The notes under the pieces are model-generated. The model was given only the letters and a program-made list of their open reading frames with translations. It was not told the DNA's origin and ran no database searches. A program made the position numbers and the translations under genes. From Convolutriloba macropyga (taxonomy: Eukaryota), in contig NC_134482.1 in assembly GCF_964194025.1 (NCBI RefSeq), positions 18,786,001 through 18,850,000 of the forward strand: a stretch of 64,000 bases of DNA, read 5' to 3'. Within the stretch, counting starts at the first letter, position 1; each line of letters starts with the position of its first letter. Below, in pieces: positions 12,780-25,300 of the stretch.

Positions 12780-15539
12780 ATATCAAGGAAGAAGCATAGG
12801 GATAAAGCTAACCAGCCAAACACTCAGTGCAGCCTTTTCTCCTCCATGAAAGCGCTATTTGAAGTCTCACTGAGAACACGAGGCTTGAGGGTGCTACATC
12901 CCCTCAAGCAGAGTACACAGCTCCTCAGAAGTGCGAAGCTGGTTTTCGTTCGGATGTAGCTTATAGTGTCGGCGTACGGCTCTCCGCGTTTTTCGCTGAT
13001 CTTGCTAGCGAGTTGTTTCATAACGCGCGATGCTGATGGCCCAGCACCGTATGAGCATGCAAAAACCACTGCATTGAAACTGCTGTGTTCGGTTTCGCGG
13101 ATTCGCTCTTCGTACTTATTTCGCTTGGTGCTCTCGTGTTATTTGTATGCATCTTTTATGGTCTTAGGGCAGCTCTTCGCGTGAGGGTTGAAAATCTTCA
13201 CATCGAAGAAAGTGCGATTAAAGCGGGAGCCCCAGAGACCGTTTGATTTGATGTCCAGTCGAGCGTCATCATCAGTAGTTGTGGAAATACTCGAGACAAT
13301 TTTTCCATTGAGCGACCGAAGTTTTGGCTTTATCTGGACATCGTGGCAAACCTCATCCATCAAGTTTGCAAGCACGTCTCCAATTTCGTTGTGTTGTAGG
13401 TGCGTATATCCGCCTTTGGCGCAATGTAGGGTATGAGTGAGGCTAAATTGTTTCCTGCATGGGCATATCGCTGCCGTGTTCTTCGCTTCCCAGGTGTAGC
13501 GAAGTGCTATTCCGTCACGGAACTCAGTCTTCGTGAGGTCAAAACTATGTTTTGATAACGGAAGCGCGTTAAGCCAGCTAGATGCTCCTTTATCGAGGCC
13601 AGCTGGATAGTATATTTCTTTTCTTGTAGATTGTTTTCGATTCTGGATTTTTTCGAGATGAGTTCACGTTGCATGTCTGGTTTCTGTCGGAGACTGATCT
13701 TTGTTTTTTCTAATTCACATTGTTGAATTTCGAATGAATCATTAGTGAATGACGCCAATGGACTTGAGAGTTAAATTAATTGCTCAAAATTTTTGTGAAG
13801 ATCTTGGAGGGCGATGTTAATCCCACCCATTCTGATAGGGAGAAAAAAGGTCTCTTTCCTCTTGGATTATTTCTTTGCTTACGGTGTTCGGTATGACTCG
13901 GCCAAGCCGCTCCTCCACCTTGTCTAGAACCCCGTGCATGGAAGGTGTAGTACGCGAGAGGAAGATCAACTTCTGTTGAACCCCCTTCGTCAAACATGCA
14001 TTGGCATTCTGGGGAGAGGTGAGAGCAAATTGACCAAGTCTGTCCCAACTTTTTGTGTATTTAATTTCTGCATTTTTCAGGATATTTTTACTGGCCTCAG
14101 ATCCACTGATAACTGATTCCAGGACTCGAGTGCCCTAAGTGATTTCCACATTTGTGCCTGCAAACACAGTTGAGGCTTGGCGCTCGCTTCCTGGCTTAAT
14201 TATCAACCGACACTTCGGAGGATTGAAAAGATATCCGTACTTGGGACCAAGCTGAGTGAGATTGTCGAAGAGTGCCCTGATATCTTTTAACTTACCGACA
14301 ACGCTACCATCATCAGCATACAATTTTTGTGTCAAGGAGTCATTGTGAAGTTTAATCTTAGGGTAGGATTGCGATTCCATACATTGCCATCGCAAGGGAA
14401 TCACCTTGTGTCGTACCTTGCTGAGACAGAATGCTGGGCTTACCAATGTAGAGATGAGACGGATGGCTATAGGAATTCTGTAAGGCATCAAGCAATGATG
14501 GTTGTAGGGCTTTCACGTTCTCTAATGCTGTTTGTCTATTGAGCACGTTAAATGCGTTTTTTTTGCATCAATTAGTAGAATTGCTTCGTTTTCGTGGTCA
14601 TCAAAACATTGGCGAAACGAATGTAGACCCGGCACTGCCTTGAGTCTTCATTGCATGCTTTCGGATGAACCTAGCACTGATTTTGTCGAAAATATTGGGG
14701 CTGGTAAGGAAGCGTGCGCGGATGTTTGCTCTGAATGCAGTTGGGCTCCAAGGGTTGCCCTTCAGGATGTTTGTCGCGTAAAAACTCGAGGACCGGTCAA
14801 CCGTCTTTGAGATAGGGAGGTGCGGGCACGCCGCCTTATGTTCATCCGCAAGAACACGAATAGCATTACTGATCTTACCACGAGACATGAAATCGTTGAA
14901 AATCTTGAGGTCAGAGTGCTGCTTTTTGTTTCTTGAATTCATTCTCATTTGGATTGCCTTGGCTTCACAGAACAGTTCTGAGAAGTTGCATCTGTCACAT
15001 GCACGCAATCTATGCTTGATAATCTTATTGTTCGATCCGTCGTCCGTGTTCTTTGTTCGACTGATAGTTAAGTGCAAAATTATCATACAGAGGGTCAGAG
15101 ATATATGGATCTATCCGTGTTTACGGCAATCGCGGAGAGGACACTGTGAAGGGCTTCGGCTAACTGTTCCCCTATCTTGTACTTACTGAGCATGAAGCAC
15201 GATGAACTAACATTCAAAACACAAGAAATTGTTCTAAAAATGAAATCAGTGAGAATGGTAAAACCTGACGTGATGAAGGAAGGTGGTTGGCATCAAAACA
15301 TCCCATTCGCGGAGCCTACTAACATGCAAAAACACAAGAAATTGTTCTAAAAATGATATCAGTTGGAATGATACGATCTGATGTGATGAGTTGGGGTGGG
15401 AGATTGGTTCACTCGCCTACGGCTGGGGTGGCGAGGCTTGAAAAGGTGTAGGTTTGATTCAGCCCAGCGCGCACACGTTTTTGAAAATACAGCGGAGGTA
15501 AATTTGCTCTATTTAATAAGTTTATTACAACAATTATGC
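12780..15539 (-). mobile_element. CRE-clade non-LTR retrotransposon (RT plus restriction-like endonuclease), frameshifted
   Basis: ORF pieces carry 'QGTTQGDSLAMAMYG', 'YADDG' and 'LGPKYGY', a Cys/His knuckle ('HTLHCAKGG...HNEI'), and the RLE motifs 'ARLDIKSNGLW..TFFDVKIFNPHA' and 'VFACSYGAGP'. The 5' end is the SL-like motif at 15509-15539. Confidence 0.85.
15509..15539 (-). other. SL-like motif copy A (GCATAATTGTTGTAATAAACTTATTAAATAG)
   Basis: 29/31 match to the consensus of the copies in this window. It lies at the 5' boundary of the CRE element. Confidence 0.75.
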
Positions 15540-15544
15540 TAAAA

Positions 15545-15880
15545 ATTAAGAATACTGGAGGACCACTCGGATATTGGTTTTCAGTCCAGATCTCTTGATT
15601 TTTCTTAAGAGCTACATCAAAGGATTGCCAGTCAGCAGTCGCATTAAAAATCCTATACACAGTCCCCTTAATCACAAATTTTCTTATGTTCTAACGGTGC
15701 ACAGCTACGGAAATTTGGGATTATACCGGTATCGGTTTTTTGATACCAATGACAGCTAATTTTCCTATCTTCATTTACGTTTATGTTTAGATCTAGGAAT
15801 GCCAGGTCTCCACTAGCGTTTGGTGTCTCAAGAGTGAATTGTTGTAATGTAGATTAATGTAGTATGGGATTTGATTTTGT
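15545..15880 (-). mobile_element. Penelope-like element RT C-terminal fragment
   Basis: The minus strand gives 'QFTLETPNASGDLAFLDLNINV', 'KTDTGIIPNFRSCAPLEHK' and 'KGTVYRIFNATADWQSFDVALKKNQEIWTENQYP', typical of the PLE RT thumb region. It may extend, degraded, to ~16400. Confidence 0.75.
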
Positions 15881-16718
15881 TTTTAGCCACGCAAAGACTA
15901 TTTTCATAGACAAAAAGCTCTTGGATTAACGAGCTTAAAATTTTTCTTGAAGGATAGGAGGACAACGGACTGATTGCTGGAGATAGCTTCTGTATATTTT
16001 GTAGTAGTAATAGTAGTACAGGATTTCGGATCTAGGCCCTCGGGTTTTTATTGTTTTCGGTTTTTGAATTAGATCATGAGTTGCGTCCATGAGTTTTCAT
16101 AGTGGATTGCAGCATCCACATAGTCAGAAAATTGTCCACGTGCATGTTTTCACCTCATCGTTAACGTTTTCGAAGTAGTGCCAATAAATTGTTAGCGGTT
16201 GCTTTAGCTGTCATATCAATAACTCGCGACATAATTGTAGAGTATCATAGTTCGTCTGAAAAAATTGCCGTCGGATTGTTTTGAGTCTGTTTCGGTATTT
16301 TGATTCCTTACTGCTACCTTGTGTATTGAACTGTACTTCACCAAAAAGCTTCATTTTTGCATGGTGTTTGTTGCTGAGTATCAATCCGAGAAGTAAATCG
16401 TGCAAAAGTAAATTCGAGCAGAAGAAAATTCGATATATCTTCTAGAATTCTGAATCATGTGTTTTGATTTATTTTTATTCTGATAGCTTCCGTGAATGTT
16501 TATATAGATATATCCTTAAGATAAGTTTCCGTAACTTTCGTAAATCGATACAATAGTTGAAATTGTTTGAAGCAAAACGTCCGATATGTCCCCTCAAATG
16601 CAAATTATCTTTTGATGACAGATTTTATCTCCCCATTATGAATTCATTATTTATGTCTTTTAGAGGATGGCTTCGCTTTCAATTGACAGTTTTTGAATCT
16701 GTTGATTTTAAGATTATC

Positions 16719-16988
16719 ATGATATCTTCTGGAGTAGAGCCGATGCAAATTGACGACGACGATCAAAATGACGGCGCCTCTCACGGTATAAACGATGCCT
16801 CAGATAGGCCATTTGGGAGTGGAGAATCGTTGGCCCCCGATTTTAAAGTTCAATCTTCCTCAATCGACCTTGATGCTCTTTCCCTGCAGTACTCTGAACT
16901 CTACCGAGTACATCGTTTGGTTTTCATCGCTGATCACTGTCCGGCTGTTCGAAGGGACGCTTTGATACTGGCGATTAAAGCAATTGAG
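16719..16988 (+). CDS. GPS1: COP9 signalosome subunit 1 (CSN1/COPS1), coding exon 1
   Basis: Reads MISSGVEPMQID...SIDLDALSLQYSELYRVHRLVFIADHCP. The donor is GAG|GTAATA at 16989 (phase 0). The ATG is preceded by an acceptor-like TTTTAAG ending at 16712. Confidence 0.9.
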
Positions 16989-17989
16989 GTAATAATAGAT
17001 TTTGATGGTTGATGGCTAAATCAATTTCACTATGAGTGTTCGCCGACACGGGATTTTGTCAAGAAAATATGGAATTTAGCTGACGGCTCTATTTGGATAC
17101 GTGAGCCGATCTGATTGGCTAAAATGTCACTAGTGCTTCCAACCATCCCATTACAAATGTGCGGTCAAGTTGTCCGCTTAAATTCGCATTAAGAAAATTG
17201 TTTCTGTCTGCCAATTCGACAGTCTCATAATTTCCCTCGCTGTGAACTAAAAAGATTTTCGTACCATTGTTAACAACTGCATTTTTCTTTACTACTCCGA
17301 ACGTCGGTTGTACGCATTAGAGGCATCAGGGTCTGAGGCGCTCTCCTGATGGAAAATTCTGCAACGGCAATAGTGGATGGAGGGAACTTTTTTTACAATT
17401 GTTTGTTTGATTAATTGCCGCCCCCGTCAGCCTCTCAACTGTTAGTTTCTGAACTTTTGAGATGGTCTTTTTGACAAGGATTGATCAATTGATGTACTGG
17501 TCAGGTTAATTAGTTCTGCTTGTCATTCAATCCCTTGGATTGTATTTCAGTACTTGACCTGCTATGTTTTTATTTTTGTAACATGTTTTCACACCTTTTT
17601 CATGACTTTGAGCTTTCAAAATTGAATAAAAAGCGAAAGCTTAGCGGGCATCAATTTTCATTGATGCCCTTAGTCGCGTTTAATAGTGCCTCCAGTTATT
17701 AGAGTGGTGAAGCTACTGCGAAGGCTGTATTTCAATGTTAAAAGGTCATTTTTAGGAATTTTTGAGCCCAAAATGTTGCAATTTTTCGCGTTTTTTAGTC
17801 TTTTCCACTTTTTTGTCGGACGTGTCTGAAATTGAGGTTTTTAAAAGTTGATAAAAGTCTTTTGCCAGAAATAAATGTTTTTACTATTTTAAGAGCTACA
17901 TTTTTTGGTACTAGAAACATACAAATTTATTCTAAGTTTTACATTTTTTTCTTTTCCAATTTTTTGAATTTTTGAGTTTTTTCGCCCTA

Positions 17990-18700
17990 GGTGTCAAGGA
18001 ACCTCCTCTAGTGTTTGACAATAGGTTGCTGCATAGTTATTGGTAATATAATGGCTTTCAACATTTTAACAGCACGAATTTTACCATTTTTTTTGACGAA
18101 ACTTGCATTTTTTTTAATTATTTATCATTATTTAATCGACCTGCAGGAGCCAGGAAACCTCCTCTAGGGTTTGATAATGGGTTACTGTAAACTTTTTATT
18201 GGCCAGGGAATGGTTTTCAACATGTTAATATCACATTATAGCAATATTTGATAAAACTTGCAATCTTTGTTTTTCTTGAAAATTTTTGTCTTTTTTATAG
18301 GTTTCTCCAGCTTCAAGGACCAATGTTTGATAATATATTACTGCATGGTTTCTGGTGGCAATGAAATAGATTTTAACATTTTAATCTCTTTATTAGTCTT
18401 TTATTCAGTTTTGTCGGACTAAGTGCCAGGCAGCTGACTTCAGGGCTGGATAGTAAGTTAGTGCAAAGTTGCTAGGGGCAATGGAATGGTTTTGAACTTT
18501 TCAATATCACAAATTTTTGAATTATTTTGATAAATTTTGTTTATTCAAATTTACTGAAATTTTATGATCCAAAATTATCGATGTTTATGAGCCAGTGAAA
18601 ATATTTAGGGCTTGAAATAGGGATACTGGATAGTCCGTGGAGACTATGAAATGGTTCTGATGATATAAATATTAGGATTTTTAGCAAATTTTTGTTAAAA
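17990..18700. repeat. Degenerate ~150-bp tandem repeat, about 5 copies
   Basis: An 'ctag(t/g)gtttga.aat.ggtt.ctg' -like motif occurs at ~18008, 18162, 18322, 18440 and 18606, each followed by 'atgg.tttcaacat.ttaa'. Confidence 0.55.
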
Positions 18701-19333
18701 TTTGGAATTGTTTATAATCATTGAGTTTTCATTTTTTGAATTTAACTGTCCTTGCTGGCCAACGAAACTTTTTTGCAGACTAGTTTGAACTCTTTTCAGA
18801 ATTTGAAGGTTTTTGTCATATTTTTAGCTACCTTCAGTGGCAAATAGATCTCTTCCAAGGCTTGTGAGTAAATGAGTATATTAATTTGTATCATTTTTCG
18901 CCTTCAGGGTAAAGGGTTCAAGAGTTTTAGCATTGATTGTTTTTGTTTAGTGTTTGAGTTTCTCAACTACCATTTTGTCTTCTTGGCTGGGATTGTTCAA
19001 TTGATCTTTCGGTCAGGTACCTTAATTCTCAGTTTTTCATTCAATTCTTTGGAATGTATTTCAGGACTTGTTCTGCTGTTTTGAAATTTGCTTTACTTTT
19101 CGATCACGTTTTTCGTTTTACATAAATCGCGGCTTTCACGTTTGACGTGTGACTTACTTCACTCACTGTTTCAACTAAATGGATTTTCACAAGATCAAAA
19201 TCAAAAGAGACCTGAGAAACCGAGAAAGCCCGGTCATTTAGTCATTGAAAAATAGATTATCAAATTTCCTTAGACCGCTTGCTAGCTGCCATTGGTACTA
19301 GCTTATTAGCTCTCAGTCTACAAGCTGAATTAA

Positions 19334-22300
19334 TCATATTTTTCGAAGCGAACTGAAACTCCACGCCAAATTAGAACACGGTTTCCAAAAAAACTAAATT
19401 CGGTCAATTTATCTCTTTTTCTGTTTCAATCCTGATCCGCATCAATCGCGTGTAAGGTGGCTATTTTCTGGCAATCTACCGGCTATGTTTTAAGTTTATT
19501 TTATTTAGAATCATTTTTTGATAAACTTATTAAACAGCCTTTCATTGATTCATCTTGTGTGGAAAACTTTTCTTGGGAGGGTTTTGAATACAATACGCTG
19601 AATGTAAATGAGTTATCACATCTTCAAGAGCTCGCCTGCTAAGGCCTGCTTACTTCTGGCCAATTCCCAGGCTCAAGATCTGTACAAAATCCTGCACTAT
19701 GAGTAAGAAGTCGAGTGGAAGTTCCACATTATTCGGAAACACGCGAAGAGAGTTTCGTATTAGACGAAAGCCCTCAACAAATAGAAAATTTTGCAACAAT
19801 TTTAAAAGAAAAAAATTTAAATGAAAAGCACAGCGAAGCAACCAACAAAAAGGCAACACTAGCGTTAGAGAGTGTATTCGTCTGGGCCAAGTCCCGGTAG
19901 TCGGTGATTGTTTCTCTAGCAATTAAATTTGAGGTATTTTTTTTATTTCCTCACAGTCTTTCAGTATCAATAGGAGTAGGTGAAAAAATTAATCAGCTTA
20001 TCTTATTCCGCGGGGTCCTTCAAGATATCCAGGAATAGGATAAATAAGCTTCTTGTCTTTTAAATTGCGCCGCAACATTCCGAAATGTCACAAAACGAAA
20101 AAAGCAGTACTGCAAAGTAACGCTGCCACAGACAAACAAATTACGAGCGTATCATGTAATACGACTGAAAAATAAAAAAATATTGTCATGGGAGCCGTTG
20201 AGTGATCCACTGGATAGAATAAGTCAGTTTGCATTTAATTTAGAAAATGCACCAAATAATATTGCAACCGTCCAAGCTGAAATCAAAAGCCTCAGAGCAC
20301 ACAGTGACGATGAACAAAATGTATCTGTACAAAAACAAGCTTGCTACGCTGAAGCCGTTAAAAGTACGGTCAAGTCAAACGGAACCATGGGTAAAAGAAT
20401 CCCCTGTGTTCGAGAGCTTTCAGAGGGTAGTACCAATACAAGATTGGAACACATAAATATGGTCATCGATTATCATGAAATACAGGAAGTTAAACTAACC
20501 AGGGTATTAATGCTTGGCAAAGTAGATCGATCCAAAACAACACCATATACAATTGTCATCAACTTGGAAAATTCCTTTAGAAATACTCACTTTCAAAGAA
20601 GCGTATCAAACTTGACTATAAACCGGAAAACCAATTAATTTTTAGTTCAGAGTTTTAATCTTGAACGTTGCTATGTCAACAAACGATGCCCTATTACGTC
20701 GGCAGCTGATTGAAACTGTTTTTAAACCCCAACTTTTTTGTATCAGAAATTTTGGAGTTAAATACGGGAAAACAACAGCTGGTTTATCGGACGACACGGG
20801 ATCGTCAATTTACTAATTGAAGTTACAATTAAGGTTCTAACGTTGTTAAATCTGAGATGCCGTACAATATTTGCGATTGCTCTGCCGACAAAGAATTGAC
20901 ATTATTTGAATCGCAGAAACGTGACTCACTCCCAAAATCTTCATTGTCACTCTTTTTCCTTGCCTATCAAGACTAGAGAAATTATCGAAAGTCTGCAGTC
21001 ATGAAAAGCAAACATGGAGGGGTGCTCAATGCAGTAGAAATGCTCTGAAACGCGAACTGCTCATTTAAAAAATGTGACGCCAGTTTTCCTACTTCTAAAG
21101 ACGAATAAACGGCTCTATCTTGATTGGTTTCTCCTATAACACGACTGAAGTTTTTATCGTTGGACAGAGAGCAAGATGCTTACGGTTCTTTTGGATCGTG
21201 AACAACTGAAAGCAACAAATATGCGAGGTCAGATTTGAATGTCAGCTAATGATTATGAAAATACCATCCATGAGTTTGACTTTAACTACACAATTGTTCT
21301 CACACTCAATTGGTTGTTTTTTTTACAATACGGAACTAATAACTCACTCCTTCATCGACTCGTTAGTTAAAGATTACCAAATTAACTGAAAAAATCCGAT
21401 CACCTTCCCTCATGCTAACGTCATTTTTGAGTGCCTTGTTCCATATGTTGCCACTGACATATATCGCCTCCAAAAAAGCAGATTAGGAAGCTTTTCAGTG
21501 GTATGTTTGGTGATAACTATGCCTTTCAACCCCAACCTCTTTGACAACCTAAATTTCTTGGCTCGATGAAAAATAAAACAGAAGTTTCCAAAAATAAAGA
21601 AAGAAAGAAAGAAATTATTTCTCACGAGTACAAAATATAAATCTATTAAATATAATTTATTTATGAAGAGACTCGGAGGGGACAGACAACCGGACTATGT
21701 GTCCTCAAAATCCTGCCATTCGTAGTTGAACTTACTTGTGTAATAGTTGCTCAATAGTAAAAGAGAAAAAAAATGAGAAATTTAAATTTTTTTCGAATTT
21801 TTTTTTCATGAGTTTTCTGTTCTTTTAATGGAAAATCAACCAAGAGCTTAACCATAGACGACTATTAACAGCTACGGTTGTAGACGAGCCTTAATTGAGT
21901 TTACAAGAATTTTTTTTTGAAAGTTCAGAATTTTTCAATTTGCAACAGAATCGCAAATTTTTTTTAAATGATAGCCATATCTCCTGAAATATTGGTCCTA
22001 GAGGGGTCATTCTTTTTCACCAGAAAGCCAACTATTTTTGGGTACTCCTGTAGCATGCAGGCAAGGGGTATGGATTTTTTGGGTACCTATAAGGAAAAAT
22101 TATATGACCAATTCGTCATTATGGAGAATAAGAAATCTTTCAATTTATGATAAAAATTACTCAACTCTTTTGAATTTTGGTTTTCAGCATTATCGAATAG
22201 GTTTTGTTTGGCGAGGCAGTTGAACAGCTTTCTAGCACGGTACTTTACTGATAGTCTTTCAATTTTTTTCTTACAAATCGGTTCATGAAGGACATTCAGG

Positions 22301-25300
22301 GAGTCATTTCTGGCGAATTTTTTCTTATTAAAAATAAAACATTTTATTCAAAAAATTTTCTGAATGTAAGCCATGAATAGAACGAAGAACAAACTTGAGC
22401 AGCTCATAAATATGCAGTTCATACCCGGTTAGAATCTTATGCTTGACAAATATATCTTCAGAATGATCAGAGCGCCTACGAAAATAAATAAATTTAATAT
22501 TTTTTTTCTGAAGTAGATATATTTTCAAACTTGACGCATTTGAGCGACCGTAAACTAATACACCATATTGAACTACTGCATTTATGTTACTTTTATAATA
22601 TCTTATAAGTAATTTCCGCGGTACATAATGTCTAATCTAGTCATATTTTTCGAAGCGAACTGAAACTCCACGCCAAATTAGAACACGGTTTCCAAAAAAA
22701 CTAAATTCGGTCAATTTATCTCTTTTTCTGTTTCAATCCTGATCCGCATCAAGCGCGTGTAAGGTGGCTATTTTCTGGCAATCTACCGGCTATGTTTTAA
22801 GTTTATTTTATTTAGAATCATTTTTTGATAAACTTATTAAACAGCCTTTCATTGATTCATCTTGTGTGGAAAACTTTTCTTGGGAGGGTTTTGAATACAA
22901 TACGCTGAATGTAAATGAGTTATCACATCTTCAAGAGCTCGCCTGCTAAGGCCTGCTTACTTCTGGCCAATTCCCAGGCTCAAGATCTGTACAAAATCCT
23001 GCACTATGAGTAAGAAGTCGAGTGGAAGTTCCACATTATTCGGAAACACGCGAAGAGAGTTTCGTATTAGACGAAAGCCCTCAACAAATAGAAAATTTTG
23101 CAACAATTTTAAAAGAAAAAAATTTAAATGAAAAGCACAGCGAAGCAACCAACAAAAAGGCAACACTAGCGTTAGAAAGTTGTATTCGTCTGGGCCAAGT
23201 CCCGGTAGTCGGTGATTGTTTCTCTAGCAATTAAATTTGAGGTATTTTTTTTATTTCCTCACAGTCTTTCAGTATCAATAGGAGTAGGTGAAAAAATTAA
23301 TCAGCTTATCTTATTCCGCGGGGTCCTTCAAGATATCTAGGAATAGGATAAATAAGCTTCTTGTCTATTAAATTGCGCCGCAACATTCCGAAATGTCACA
23401 AAACGAAAAAAGCAGTACTGCAAAGTAACGCTGCCACCGACAAACAAATTACGAGCGTATCATGTAATACGACTGAAAAATAAAAAAATATTGTCATGGG
23501 AGCCGTTGAGTGATCCACTGGATAGAATAAGTCAGTTTGCATTTAATTTAGAAAATGCACCAAATAATATTGCAACCGTCCAAGCTGAAATCAAAAGCCT
23601 CAGAGCACACAGTGACGATGAACAAAATGTATCTGTACAAAAACAAGCTTGCTACGCTGAAGCCGTTAAAAGTACGGTCAAGTCAAACGGAACCATGGGT
23701 AAAAGAATCCCCTGTGTTCGAGAGCTTTCAGAGGGTAGTACCAATACAAGATTGGAACACATAAATATGGTCATCGATTATCATGAAATACAGGAAGTTA
23801 AACTAACCAGGGTATTAATGCTTGGCAAAGTAGATCGATCCAAAACAACACCATATATAATTGTCATCAACTTGGAAAATTCCTTTAGAAATACTCACTT
23901 TCAAAGAAGCGTATCAAACTTGACTATAAACCGGAAAACCAATTAATTTTTAGTTCAGAGTTTTAATCTTGAACGTTGCTATGTCAACAAACGATGCCCT
24001 ATTACGTCGGCAGCTGATTGAAACTGTTTTTAAACCCCAACTTTTTTGTATCAGAAATTTTGGAGTTAAATACGGGAAAACAACAGCTGGTTTATCGGAC
24101 GACACGGGATCGTCAATTTACTAATTGAAGTTACAATTAAGGTTCTAACGTTGTTAAATCTGAGATGCCGTACAATATTTGCGATTGCTCTGCCGACAAA
24201 GAATTGACATTATTTGAATCGCAGAAACGTGACTCACTCCCAAAATCTTCATTGTCACTCTTTTTCCTTGCCTATCAAGACTAGAGAAATTATCGAAATT
24301 CTGCAGTCATGAAAAGCAAACATGGAGGGGTGCTCAATGCAGTAGAAATGCTCTGAAACGCGAACTGCTCATTTAAAAAATGTGACGCCAGTTTTCCTGC
24401 TTCTAAAGACGAATAAACGGCTCTATCTTGATTGGTTTCTCCTATAACACGACTGAAGTTTTTATCGTTGGACAGAGAGCAAGATGCTTACGGTTCTTTT
24501 GGATCGTGAACAACTGAAAGCAACAAATATTTCATCTGTTATAATTACAGGTGCTATGAATTTTGCGAGGTCAGATTTGAATGTCAGCTAATGATTATGA
24601 AAATACCATCCATGAGTTTGACTTTAACTACACAATTGTTCTCACACTCAATTGGTTGTTTTTTTTACAATACGGAACTAATAACTCACTCCTTCATCGA
24701 CTCGTTAGTTGAAGATTACCAAATTAACTGAAAAAATCCGATCACCTTCCCTCATGCTAACGTCATTTTTGAGTGCCTTGTTCCATATGTTGCCACTGAC
24801 ATATATCGCCTCCAAAAAAGCAGATTAGGAAGCTTTTCAGTGGTATGTTTGGTGATAACTATGCCTTTCAACCCCAACCTCTTTGACAACCTAAATTTCT
24901 TGGCTCGATGAAAAATAAAACAGAAGTTTCCAAAAATAAAGAAAGAAAGAAAGAAATTATTTCTCACGAGTACAAAATATAAATCTATTAAATATAATTT
25001 ATTTATGAAGAGACTCGGAGGGGACAGACAACCGGACTATGTGTCCTCAAAATCCTGCCATTCGTAGTTGAACTTACTTGTGTAATAGTTGCTCAATAGT
25101 AAAAGAGAAAAAAAATGAGAAATTTAAATTTTTTTCGAATTTTTTTTCATGAGTTTTCTGTTCTTTTAATGGAAAATCAACCAAGAGCTTAACCATAGAC
25201 GACTATTAACAGCTACGGTTGTAGACGAGCCTTAATTGAGTTTACAAGAATTTTTTTTTGAAAGTTCAGAATTTTTCAATTTGCAACAGAATCGCAAATT

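Noticed and set aside
16557-16718. N-terminal extension of CSN1 suggested by the ORF track
   Set aside because: It starts at TTG, has no CSN1 similarity, and an acceptor-like AG sits just before the ATG at 16719.
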